Of a DNA stretch of 64,000 nucleotides, positions 42,850 to 54,730 are shown piece by piece. The number at the start of each line of letters is the position of its first letter. Position 1 is the first letter of the stretch. The translations under genes and the position numbers were made by a program. This stretch comes from the human T2T-CHM13v2.0 reference genome, Homo sapiens, in the NCBI RefSeq assembly GCF_009914755.1, contig NC_060927.1; one strand, 5' to 3'. A model generated the notes under the pieces. That model did no database searches. It was not told the origin of the DNA and saw nothing but the letters and a program-made list of their open reading frames with translations.

Positions 42850-44930
42850 CTTAGAAACTCAAATGTAGAGAGGGTTTTATAATATATGCAGAAGTAAAAT
42901 ATATCTATAGGATAAAAGATAGAAAGGGATAAATGGAAACCTGTTATTCTAATGTTCTTACCTTATACATGAAAATATTTAGTATTATTAATAATTCCAA
43001 ATAGATTGTTGTAAATTGAGCATGCATATTTTAATCCTTATAACAACCACTGACATAAACTAAGAGATGTAGGTTAAAAGCCAATAGAGGAAATAAAATG
43101 AGGTTTAACCTAAAATAAAGCAGGAAAAGATGAAAAAGGAACACAGGACAGATGGGACCAATAGAAAACAAAATAATGAGAGTACAATTACACCCAACCA
43201 TATCAATATGGCATTAAATACTAATTGCTTGTATTTTAGCCTAAAGAACTGTATATAATTTTTATTGGAATTAATTTTGCTGGTAAAAATTCTCTCAAAT
43301 TTTGTTTGAATTAAAGTGTTTTCATTTTTTTTGAAAGAAATTTTTCATTTTTGATGGAAAATTCAAGGATGACAGATTCTTTCTCTCCTTTAGGCACATT
43401 GAATATGTTATTCCATCATCTGCTGGTTTGCATTGTTTTTAATAACAAGCCAGCTGCATTTTATCAGTTCCCCTCTATATAAAGTTCTTTTTGTACTTTT
43501 TAAGATATTTTATCCTTGCTTTTTAGCATTTTTCCAAGATGTACCTGTGTATGTGTGTGTCTGTGTGTATGTGTGTGTGTATGCACACTTATTTTGCCTG
43601 GAGTCTGTTTAGCTTCATAGGTCTGAATATTATTAATTTTCATCACATTTTAACATTTTTAGTCATTATTTTAAAAATATTTTTCTACCTCAGTCTATTC
43701 TCATTCTAGAACCCTAATGACACGTATATCAGACTACAATTTTATATTGTCTAACATGTTACTAAGCTTCTGTTGATTTGAATTGTTTTATCACTTTACC
43801 TCAATTTGGCAAATTTCCGTTGCCCTGTGTCATATTCAACATTCATTTCTTCTAAGTGCTCTATTTGCTATATGTCCATTCTATGATTTTTTTTCTTCAG
43901 GTACTTTGTTAAGAATTGGAATATTACCTTAGTTCTTTTTTTATAGTTTTCTTTTTCTGCTGAGAATCCCTCATCCATTCACTCATTTTGACTGTCATTT
44001 TCTTTAAATCCCTGAACATATTTATAATCACTATTTTAAAGTCTCTGTCTTCTATTCCCAACATCTGTGTCATCTGTTTATCAGCTGTTTTATTTCCTGC
44101 TTATACTTCATATTTCTTGTTTCTCCATGTTGAGTAATTTTTAATTATATACTGAACATTTTAGATACTATCTTGTTGAATTGTGGAAATTATCTTTTTT
44201 TAAAAGAGTGTAAGTTCTTTTAAAGAGTTTTTCTTCCATATTAGATTTAAAGAGTATACATTCTTTTAAATAGTTGTTTTACTGGCATATCAGGCTTCCC
44301 TTTTCAATTTTGTTTTTAAGCTTTGTTGTGGCTGGTGTAGAATAGCGGTTACTTTTAGACTAACGTAGACCTTATTTTAATGCATGGTCTTTCTGGGATA
44401 TTACATTTGCAGTGTGCAGCAAGGTTCTTCTCTCTGGTTGGTTAAAACTTCAACATTTCCTAGCAGAGGATAACCTGTAGAGTCTCTTTCAACTCAAATC
44501 TGCCAGTAGCTTTTCTTGGCCTCGTGGATTCTCACTTTAAGCATGCCTAGCTTACTTTTTAGCCAAATACTCAAGGGTACTTTCATAAAGATTGTGGAGC
44601 GTTCATGGCACAGCTTCTCCCAACCTAGTACCCTAACCCATAAATTTATGCACTTTCTGCAGCCCTAAATCCAGTCTTTATATCCTACACCAAGCAAAAC
44701 TGAAGCTTTGTGTTTTGGCTTCACTTCAGTGCCATAATATGGAAAAATCCCCCAGGCAGAAAGATACCATAAATATAGAACTCACATCATGTACATCCCT
44801 CTTTTCTCAAGGATTACTCTTCTACTGCGTGTATGTAGTGCCTAAAATTAACTGCTTAATATATATTGTCAAGTTTTATAGTTATTTTAGAGAAGAGAGT
44901 AAGTTCAATTTCTATAACTTCATCACAGCC
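42850..44930. mobile_element. Old L1M: inter-ORF segment on + (42850-43225), ORF1 and 5' region on - (43230-44930)
   Basis: + strand aaaagccaatagaggaaataaaatg...ccaaccatatcaata; - strand tgctggtaaaaattctctcaaattttg (ORF1 3' end). Confidence 0.55.
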
Positions 44931-45019
44931 AAAATAAAATTTATTTCTATACTGTTTTCTATGCTATTTCCAATTTAATCTCATTAGGAGACTTGAGTGA
45001 CCAAAACAATCTGTCTGTA

Positions 45020-45205
45020 TTGGTTAAGCACATAAACCTTGGAAACAGCATTTCTAAGCTCAAATCTTGTGTGGCCATTTCTGAGTTGTAATACTTGGGC
45101 AAGTTACCTAGCCTTCCTGGGCCTCAGTTTTCTCATTTGTAAAATGAACATCATGATACTTCCGAACTCAAAAAGTTTTAGTGAAAGTTAAATACATTAA
45201 TATAT
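45020..45205 (+). mobile_element. MIR
   Basis: cttgggcaagttacctagccttcctgggcctcagttttctcatttgtaaaatg MIR core. Confidence 0.85.
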
Positions 45206-45208
45206 TAT

Positions 45209-48200
45209 GGGGATATCAGCAAGATGACTGACTAGAGATGCCTGGTGTTCATCCACCACCCCCCAAACTCAAAAAAGAAGGGCCAAGGCAATGAATAAAT
45301 AGTTAAGATTTGACTGGTGCTTTGAAGGGAGAGCACTAGAATGGAGCAAGAGAGTGGAGATGCACCTGTGGCTATTGGAAGTTCAGGAGAGGCACTAAGC
45401 CTCTGTAGCCCCTGCTCAGATCAGATCTACCTAGAGTCTGGAGGGACTTCTCATTGCTGGGAAAAGGTAAGCAGAAGATCTCCACTAGACCCCATTGTCA
45501 CTGCAAATACCTACGGTCATTATAACAGAAAAATCACATAGTCATAGCAAGTCATAATCTGAGTAAAGAGCTTCCAGGAACTCATGGAACTGCATTGCCC
45601 CAGATTAGGAGCACAAAGTGTGTACTCCCCACACTCCATCCACGCCATGTAAGTGAAGCTGCTGCAGCAAAGTGCCATCTTGAGGGCAGAGATCTCTGGA
45701 GTGCACCTTGCTCTGGAATCCAGTAGCCACTGCAACTCTCCAGCACTGGAGCTTCATATTCCACCAAGCCCACTCAGGTGGCTAAACTCCACATCCCCAG
45801 AGGCACAAAGCCTTGGCCCAGGATCAGATGTGACTCTGATCCTGTATTGCAGGGAAACCAACCCTCACCACTGCACTTCTAGCTGAAGAAATAATCTGGC
45901 AGTCCCACCATGGATGAACCTGCTTTTAAGCTGGCCAAATTGCTGACCACTGTTCCTCAAGCAGGAGAGGCCCCTGAGCCTCCAAGCAACTGATAGGCCC
46001 CCATTGACTACATATCTATGATCAAGACCTGAGAAATAGCCCCACAGCAACCCTGCTCCGCAACCCACAGACAAGCCCTTGGCCTGTCTATATAAAAGAT
46101 ATATAGAACAACCAGAAAAAAGTAAATAAAACGGCAAAAGTATGTTCTCATATATCAATAATAACATTGAATATAAATGGATTAAATTCCACATTTAATA
46201 TAGTAGATTGACTAAATGGATTAAAAAAAAAAAAAAAAAAAAAAAAAAACAAGCATGACCCAACTATATGCTGCCTACAAGGAACTCACCTCACCTGTAA
46301 ATACATACACAGACTGAAAGTGAAGGGAGGGAAAAAGATATTTTACGCAAACAGAAACCAAAAGTGAGCAGGAGTAGCATACTTATATCAAGCATAGCAA
46401 ACTTCAAGTCAAAAGCTGTAAAAAGACATAAAGAAGGACATTGTATAATAACAATGGGATTGATTCAGCAAGAGAGTATAATCATTGTGAGTATACATGT
46501 AACCAACACAGGAACACCCAGATATATAAAGCAAATATTATTAGAACTAAAGGAAGAGGTAGACACCAATACAATAATAGTTGAGGACTGCAGTACCTCG
46601 CTGTCAGCACTGGAGAGATCATCGGGACAAAAAATCAGCAAAAAAGCATTGGATTAAAACTGCACCATACACCAAATAGTCTTAACAGACATTTATAGAA
46701 CACTTCACCCAACAACCTTAAAAAACATTCTTTTCATCAGCATACAGAACATTTTCCAGGGTTAAATATATGTTAGGACACAAAACAAATGTGAAAATAT
46801 TTTTAAACATTGAAATCATATCAAATATATTATCTGGCCACAAGTAGACTACAATCTGACCAAAAGTAGACATTAATCACAAGAGAAATACTTGACCCTA
46901 TACAAATATATGGAAATTAGGCAACATGCTCCTGAGTTATCAATGAGTAAAAGAAGAAATTAGAATAAAATTTAAAATTTATTGAAACAAATGAAAATAC
47001 AAACAAAATCCATGGGGCACAGCATTAACAGGTGGGTTTATAGCAATAAATGTTCACATCAGAAAACTAAAACGTTTTCAAATAACCTTATGATGCATCT
47101 CAAGGAACTAGAAAAGCAAAAGCAAACTAAACCTAAATTTAGGAGAAGGAAAGAAACAATAAAGTTTAGAAGAGAAATAAAAAGACAAAAAAATGTAAAA
47201 GGTCAACAAAACATAACTTTCTTTTTGAAAAGATAAACAACAGTGACAAATCGTTAGCTAGACTAACAAAGAAATATCCAAGACCAGATGGCTTCTACCA
47301 TCTGAATTCTACCAAACATTTAAAGGAGAATTAAAACCAATTCTTTTTGTACTATTTCAAAAAAATGAAAGCAAAATTTTCAGATTAGCAAATAGTATTT
47401 GTACATATTAATCAGGTACATAGTGATGTTTCAATTCATATGGTATATGGCTAAGGGTAACTAGAATATTCATCATCTCAAACATTTATTATTTCTTTGT
47501 GTTGAAAACAATCAATACCTTCCCTCTAGCTACTTGAAACTATATAATATATTGTTGTTAACTACAGTGATCCGACAGTGATATAGAACACTAGACCTTA
47601 TTCCTCCTATCTAGCTGTGCACATTGACAACACTACCTAAAGCAATCTACAAATTCAATGCAATCCTTATTAAAATACCAATTATATTCTCCACAGAAGT
47701 AGGAAAAAAAATCCTAAAAACTGTATGACACCACAAAAGACCCTGAATAGTCAAAGCAATCCTGAGTGAAAAGAACAAAGCTGGAAGTATCACACTACAA
47801 GACGTCAAAATATAATACAAAACTGTACTAACCAAAACTGGATAATAGTGGCATAAAAGCAGACACATAGACCAATGGAAAAGAACAGACAACCCAGATA
47901 TTAATCTACATCTCTACAGCCAAATGATTTTTGACAATGGTGCCAAGATCACTCATTGTTTAAACGACCATCTATCTCTTCAACACATGGTGCTAGAAAA
48001 AAACTAGATGCCCACCTCTTACCCTATGCAAAGATCAACTCAAAATGGATTACAGACATAAATGTAAGACCCAAAATGATAAAAACTATTAGAGGAAATT
48101 ATATGGGAAGTGCTTCAGGACAGTGGTTGGAGAAAAGTTTTATGAATAAGACCTCAAAAGCATAGGCAAGAAGAACAAAAATAAACAAATGAGATTATAT

Positions 48201-49314
48201 CAAACTAAAAAGCTTCTACACGGCAAAGGAAACAACCAAAAGACTAAACAGACAACCCACAGAATGGAAGAAAATATCTGCAAACTACTCATCTGACAAA
48301 ATATTAATGTTCAGAATATACAAGGAACTCAAACATCTCAACAGCAAAAAATAAAAGTCTTATTTTTTAAATGGGAAACTGATCTGAATAGACATTTATC
48401 AAAAGAAGACATGCAAATGGCCAATAAATATATGAAGAAATGCTCAGCATCACTTAATCATCAAGGAAAGGCAGATCAAAAACCACTAGGAGGTATCAAC
48501 TCTCCCCAGTTAGAATGGCTATCATCAAAAAGACAGAAAAGGTAACAAATGCTGGTGAGAATGTGGTAAAGGGGAACTCTTACGTTGGTGTGAATGTAAA
48601 CCAGTGTGGAGAACAGTATTGGCGTGCCTCAAAAAGACTACAAATAGAACTACCAAATGATCCAGCAATCCTACTACTAGGCATTTGTCCACACACAAAA
48701 AAAGGGAAATAATATTGAAGCTACATTTATATCCACATATTTATTACAGCTGTATCCACAATAGCCAAGATATGGAATCAACCTAGGTGTCCAACAACAG
48801 ATGAATGGATAAAGCGAATATGGAGTACTATTCAGCCATAAAAAGAATGAAATCCTGTTATTTTCAGCAACATGGATGGAACCAGAGGACATATGTTATG
48901 TGATTTAAATCAGAAAAAGAAAGTTAAACACTGCATATTCTCAATCATTTTGATTTCACAGAAGTAAAAAGTAGACAGAGGATACCAAAGACTGGGAAGA
49001 GAAGGGGAAAGGGAGGGATAAGGGGACTTTTGTTAAAGGATACAAAAGTACAGCAAGATAAGAGGAATAAGGTCTTGTGTTCTATACCACTGTTGGATAA
49101 CTGTATTTAACAACACTATATTATACAGTTTCAAGTAGCTAGAGGGAAGATATTGAACGTTTTCAACACAAATAAATGATAAATGTATGAGATGATGAAT
49201 ATTCTAGTTACCTTAGCTATATACCATATGAATTGAAACCTCACTATGTACCCTATTAATATGTACAAATATTATTTGCTAATTTGAAAAATTTGTTTAA
49301 TTCAGAAAAAAAAA
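45209..49314 (+). mobile_element. Rearranged L1MA: 5'UTR, ORF1 deleted, ORF2 with RT region deleted, 3'UTR; carries an inverted copy of its own 3'UTR at 47372-47620
   Basis: 5' end ggggatatcagcaagatgactgactag; endonuclease remnant KRHKEGHCIITMGLIQQE (46364-46657); C-terminal remnant MAIIKKTEK; L1MA 3'UTR at 48900-49310. Confidence 0.88.
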
Positions 49315-49531
49315 CTTTGCAGAATATGAGCCATCACAGCTCATTACCTTAATTCTGTTAGAGAAAAGCCTTCCCTCATGGTACTAAAGTTGTTAGCTAC
49401 TTTGATGTGTAGCAATAGTTGTGAGTTTTATTTTCAGGTTTAACTACTATGTGGGGTATTTTAAACATATATGTGAACTTGGACTTTTCCTTGAAGGGAC
49501 TAAGTATAATTAAATGGTCTGCCCATACAAA

Positions 49532-49793
49532 TTTGTTCAAGCCTTGCAACACAGGTTCATGAAAATCTAAGAACTCTAAATTATATTTTTGACAACTCAG
49601 AAGAAAAACACAAACACAAATGAAATGTAAGAACTTTATTTTAAAAGTTGATTCCTTTAAAGTTCATATGGAATCAACTTTTAAAATAAAGTTCTTACAT
49701 TTCATTTGTGTTTGTGTTTTTCTTCTGAGTTGTCAAAAATATAATTTACAATTCTTAGATTTTCATGAACCTGTGTTGCAAAGCTTGAACAAA
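49532..49793. repeat. Palindrome: 124-bp arms (49532-49655 / 49670-49793), 14-nt spacer, 3 mismatches
   Basis: Base-by-base comparison: tttgttcaagccttgcaacacagg...taaaagttgattcc versus ggaatcaactttta...cctgtgttgcaaagcttgaacaaa. Confidence 0.98.
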
Positions 49794-50529
49794 AACCACA
49801 ATGAGATACCATCTCACACCAGTTAGAATGGCAATCATTAAAAAGTCAGGAAACAACAGGTGCTGGAGAGGATGTGGAGAAATAGGAACACTTTTACACT
49901 GTTGGTGGGACTGTAAACTAGTTCAACCATTGTGGAAGTCAGTGTGGCAATTCCTCAGGGATCTAGAACTAGAAATACCATTTGACTCAGCCATCCCATT
50001 GCTGGGTATATACCCAAAGGACTATAAATCATGCTGCTATAAAGACACATGCACACATATGTTTATTGTGGCATTATTCACAATAGCAAAGACTTGGAAC
50101 CAACCCAAATGTCCAACAATGATAGACTGGATTAAGAAAATGTGGCACATGTACACCATGGAATACTATGCAGCCATAAAAAATGATGAGTTCATGTCCT
50201 TTGTAGGGACATGGATGAAATTGGAAATCATCATTCTCAGTAAACTATCACAAGAACAAAAAACCAAACACCGCATATTCTCACTCCTAGGTGGGAACTG
50301 AACAATGAGATCACATGGACACAGGAAGGGGAATATCACACTCTGGGGACTGTTGTGGGGTGGGGGGAGGGGGGAGAGATAGCATTGGGAGATATACCTA
50401 ATGCTAGGTGATGAGTTAGTGGGTGCAGCGCACCAGCATGACACATGTATACATATGTAACTAACCTGCACAATGTGCACATGTACCCTAAAACTTAAAG
50501 TATAATAATAAAAATAAATAAATAAATAA
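49792..50529 (+). mobile_element. Young 5'-truncated L1 (L1PA2-like) with open ORF2 C-terminus (49801-50301)
   Basis: 166 open codons including the CCHC knuckle [18 protein letters not shown] and the native GGN-stop; 3'UTR has GAG rather than the L1HS ACA/ACG; A-rich tail; TSD aaaagttgat (49643-49652 / 50530-50539) at a tttt/aaaa endonuclease site. Confidence 0.96.
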
Positions 50530-50823
50530 AAAAGTTGATAAAACTCAAATACAACATTTTAACTGTAATTTAGAAAGATACCTTGGGACATTTCAACAGC
50601 ACAAGTGATAAATTACAGACTCCTGATGTGGATACTTTGGTCATATTTAAATTTATTTTGTTAAAGCATTGAGATAAAATTGAGATTAAAAATTAATGGA
50701 ATATGAAACCAAAGGGTTAAAGATGAGTAATAAAATCAAGAGAAATTATTCTGGGCATTGAGAAATAAATAGTAAAAATGAAATATTTCAATTATAACAA
50801 AAATGGAATTCATTGAGAAGAGA

Positions 50824-50922
50824 CTAATCATTTCACAATGTATATATATATAAAAACATCATCTTGTACACCTTAAATATATGTAATTTTGTCAATTATA
50901 TCTCAATAAAGCTGAAAACAAT
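50824..50922 (+). mobile_element. L1MB/MC 3'-terminal fragment
   Basis: aatcatttcacaatgtatat...ttgtacaccttaaatata...caattatatctcaataaagctg. Confidence 0.75.
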
Positions 50923-51164
50923 AAAATTGCAAATGAAAGGAATTTATGAGCTTTTAAGTTATTTAATAATTGGTAGAATGAGTTATATAAGCTCATCGAA
51001 ATATATTCAAATTTCTTTCTCATTTGATCTCAAACTGTTTTGACAAAGATGACATAAAACTCAATACATAATTACAATGAGTAGATTGGTAACTGAGTGC
51101 CTTCAATTCAAAGACTATGTAAGATTAGTAATTGTATAAGAAAACTTGGAATGTGATGAAATGC

Positions 51165-51550
51165 CTATGTAAAAAATATTTGAGAGAGCTTTCTGAAATT
51201 TGACAAAAATAGTATGTATATACACACATACACATACACACACAGATATAAATATATATACACACACATACATGTATATTGGTTATATACTTTTATATAG
51301 CCAATTATATATAGCCACAGTTTAAACTGTGAAAAAGTATAAAATAAATTTTCTAAACTATCACTAATAAAAAGTAAATACTGATGAATCAAACTATAGA
51401 AAACACTAAATTATCTTTCTATCTCTCTTTAGAAAATATTACAAACTATTCTTATATGAAGAGACCATTAAGGAGTACACAGCCATAAATTGTAAGAAAA
51501 AAAGTATGAAGCGGTGTGCCTGGCAGTTAATTAATAAAATATATATAATT
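51165..51550 (+). mobile_element. hAT-Tip100 (Zaphod-like) DNA transposon fossil, transposase C-terminus
   Basis: Disrupted translation FSKLSLIKSK...LNYLSI...YEETIKEYTA resembles the hAT dimerisation domain. Confidence 0.6.
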
Positions 51551-52479
51551 GAAGAACCCAAATGTTATAATTACTTATTACTACCCAATAATCTTCTACA
51601 GACCAAACAAAAATCATAAACACAGGCAAATTGTTACTACCACGAGTCTGTTACATATATGATTATGTACCTATATTCTGTTTTCCAGGGAGAATTTCTT
51701 CCAACAGAAAGAAAAATTAAGTAAATTGGCATAAAGGCTAGCAACAAATTAGCCAGTAGTTTGTTGCTTGTTATTTCTTTGCTCCTGGTCTTCTCCAAAT
51801 GGGTAAGCAAGTATACTCCATATATTTATGGTTAAGGTAGGAGGAAGATACCAACCATTTTACTAAGTATTAGCTCAAAAGTCTTCTATAGAACAAATAA
51901 ATGCTGACATTTAATGAAAATTCTGATCAGTGCCAAAGCAATACAGAGTTTGTACCTTTGTCTGAGAATTAGGTGTTTGTTTATCTCATCTATTGCCTTA
52001 TATCACAAGTTGCCCTGGTGGCTAAGCCTTTAGAAAAAAAATGCTATGTAGATGATTCTTCAATTTTTAATTCTACTCCTGACTGAGTTTAATTTCTTAT
52101 CGTGTAGTTGATTCCTTATTTAAGTCCTCCTCTCACACCAGGACAACATACCTCCCCATGGAAAATTGGAATACAAGTCTTTATCCCTTCTGGGTTATTA
52201 CAAACTTTTGCACCTCAACTTTCAGGCGGTTGCCACTAGAGTCTTCACTACTCTGGCTCCCCCTGCCCCTTAAAAAGGGAAAGAATTAGTTCTATTCCTT
52301 TTGGAAATGGGGAAATAGATGTTTTTGTTCATTCACCAGTACTATGGCCAGGCTACCTCTTACCTGATGACTATTACAACTTCACATAATAAATGTGAGA
52401 TTATTTTTTTCTCCAAAGATCATCCACTCCATTGTACTTGAGACAAATGGAAGAAATAATCTTCTACATTTTAACATGA

Positions 52480-54730
52480 CTCTTACATGCTATTTATAAA
52501 ATAACTCTATTATGCTGAACATATCCATCTTCTGGCCCAGTATCAACCCAAATAAATTGAGAGTACCTCTGCTTAAAACTTGCAGATACGAAGAACGATC
52601 CTTACATTGTTTCTCAATGCAAGCCTTTGATTTCTCACCCAACAGCAAGCACAGGTGTTTTACTTTAACTAGCTTCAAGTCTCTCCTCTCCAACATCAAC
52701 TACACCCTTGTAGGTCAAACTTTATCTTCTGCCTTTCCTTCTCTTTTGGCTTCCTCCCATCAATACTTAAATATGTTTAAGTCTCTCTCATCTAAGAAAA
52801 AAACCCGCTAAAATGTCATTGATCCATATGAAACTCCAACCATGTGTTGTATCTTTTCTGTCTTTTATAGCACAGCCTTTCAAAGTTTTCTTTGTAGTCT
52901 GCAGTCACTTTACAGGCACTCATCAATTCATCAATCTCTGGTTGTTGAATCTGTTACATAATATAAGTCATTTTTACCAGGGTAATAGTGAGTAAACCCA
53001 CTGTTCCTTTCTCAGTCTTTTATGCAGCATTTGGTACTGTCTAAATGCTCTCTTCCTCTAGGTCTCTGAGTCTGTGTCCTCTTGATTGACATCTTACCTT
53101 TGGCTGTAATTGTGTTTCCTTCACTGGCACTTGTACTCCCTCTAATTAAATACTAGTGTTTCCTGAAGTTTGATCCTAAGCTATTTCCATAGACAACAAT
53201 ATTTTATCTCAGAAATTCAATTGCCATCTCCATAGTGCTCTCATTTTTTTTTCCTTGTTCCATAAGTTTCTTCAGTTTCAGACTAGAAATGCTTACTCCG
53301 TCTCAAAAAAAAAAAAAAAAAAAAAAAGAAATGCTTACCAAACGTTTACCCTTATAAGTTTACAGCCACCTCAAGCTTACCAAATCTCAAACTAAACTCA
53401 TAATTCATTCATGGCTGTATCTTCTCATGTCCTCTGTCTCAGTGAGTATCACCATTGTCTTCCCATTTACCTACATCAGAACCCCAGGCATAATACAGAG
53501 CTCATTTATCTCCTTCTTTATATTTAATCAATGACTAAAACCTGTCAATTCTTCATCCAAGATATCTTACAAATCTGTTCATTGTTCTTAATATTCATCA
53601 TTATTACTTTACAGGTATTGTCATCTTCTAACTAGAAAATACTAGTATAAATACTAATTCCTTTTCTTGCCTCATTTGGCCCTTATGGTATATAATGCTG
53701 CCCCAAAGATCTTCCATAAGTGCAAGCTTGTATCTGCTACCCACCAGCCGAAAACCTTTCCACAGCCCCTTCTTGTGGTAAGGAAAAGTCCAAACACTTC
53801 ATCCTACTTACAAGGCTTACATGACCACATCCCTGCTTATTGCTGCAGGCTTATTTCTTATATATATCTCTTCGACTTATCTTCTGAGCATCAGCTATAC
53901 AGAACTTATTTCAATTCGCCAAGCATGTCCTATACCTGCTTGCTTCCAAGCCTTGCCATGTGGTGCTCCCTCTTTCTAGAAAACCCCTCCCACTATTTAT
54001 CCCTTTTCATCCCCATGGAGACTTGGTATCACTTCTTGCATGTTAATTTCTTATGGATATGTATGTACTTCTCTAAGTGATTTGGGATCTATCCCAAGCA
54101 CTTTCATTTTATCCTATAATCTCCCTGTAAAGTTACATATATTATTTCCCTCTACTATAAATAATAAACAACATGAATACAGTACTTATACATTCCTTGT
54201 TCACCATTGTGTCCCACATGCTAGGCACAGTGCATGGTATATAAATATTATGTTTATATAATATATGAATGAATGAATATATGCATTAAAAATGACTTAG
54301 CAAAACATTTTTAAAACTTCCATGTTCTTCACCATGCCTTTCTTTCTGGCTTTACCACCTCCACATAGCCCAATATGGTACATTACACATGCAATTAGGG
54401 TTTCCAAATGGATTATGTTTTCTGCCACCTCTGTGTCTTTGCACACTCGCCCTCTCTGGAGTGCTCCCATATGGCTTCTTCACATGGACTACTCAGCTGA
54501 AACTTCAACTCTTCTAAAAACCAGTTTTTCCAAAAATTCACTGACATGTCATCCGCTTGACTCCTAACACCTGTTAGGCCATTTCTCTGTTAAATCACCT
54601 TTCACTACTACTACACAAATAAGATTCTTCTTTTCAAAGCTAGTGATGATATTTTGGTGTAACTTTTTATCAAATATCTAGCAGAGAAACTAACAAATAA
54701 GAACCAATCACTGTTTACTGAATAAAAGAG
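52480..54730 (+). mobile_element. L2 fragments including a 3' end at ~54280
   Basis: cttgttcaccattgtgtcccacatgctaggcacagtgcatgg...tgaatgaatgaat L2 terminus. Confidence 0.75.
53295..53327 (+). mobile_element. Minimal Alu insertion: last ~10 nt plus A23
   Basis: actccgtctc + poly(A) between perfect direct repeats agaaatgcttac (53285-53296 / 53327-53338). Confidence 0.9.

Noticed and set aside
49801-50301. 166-aa open ORF as a gene
   Set aside because: It is the C-terminus of L1 ORF2 in a young truncated copy with no promoter; it is open because it is young.
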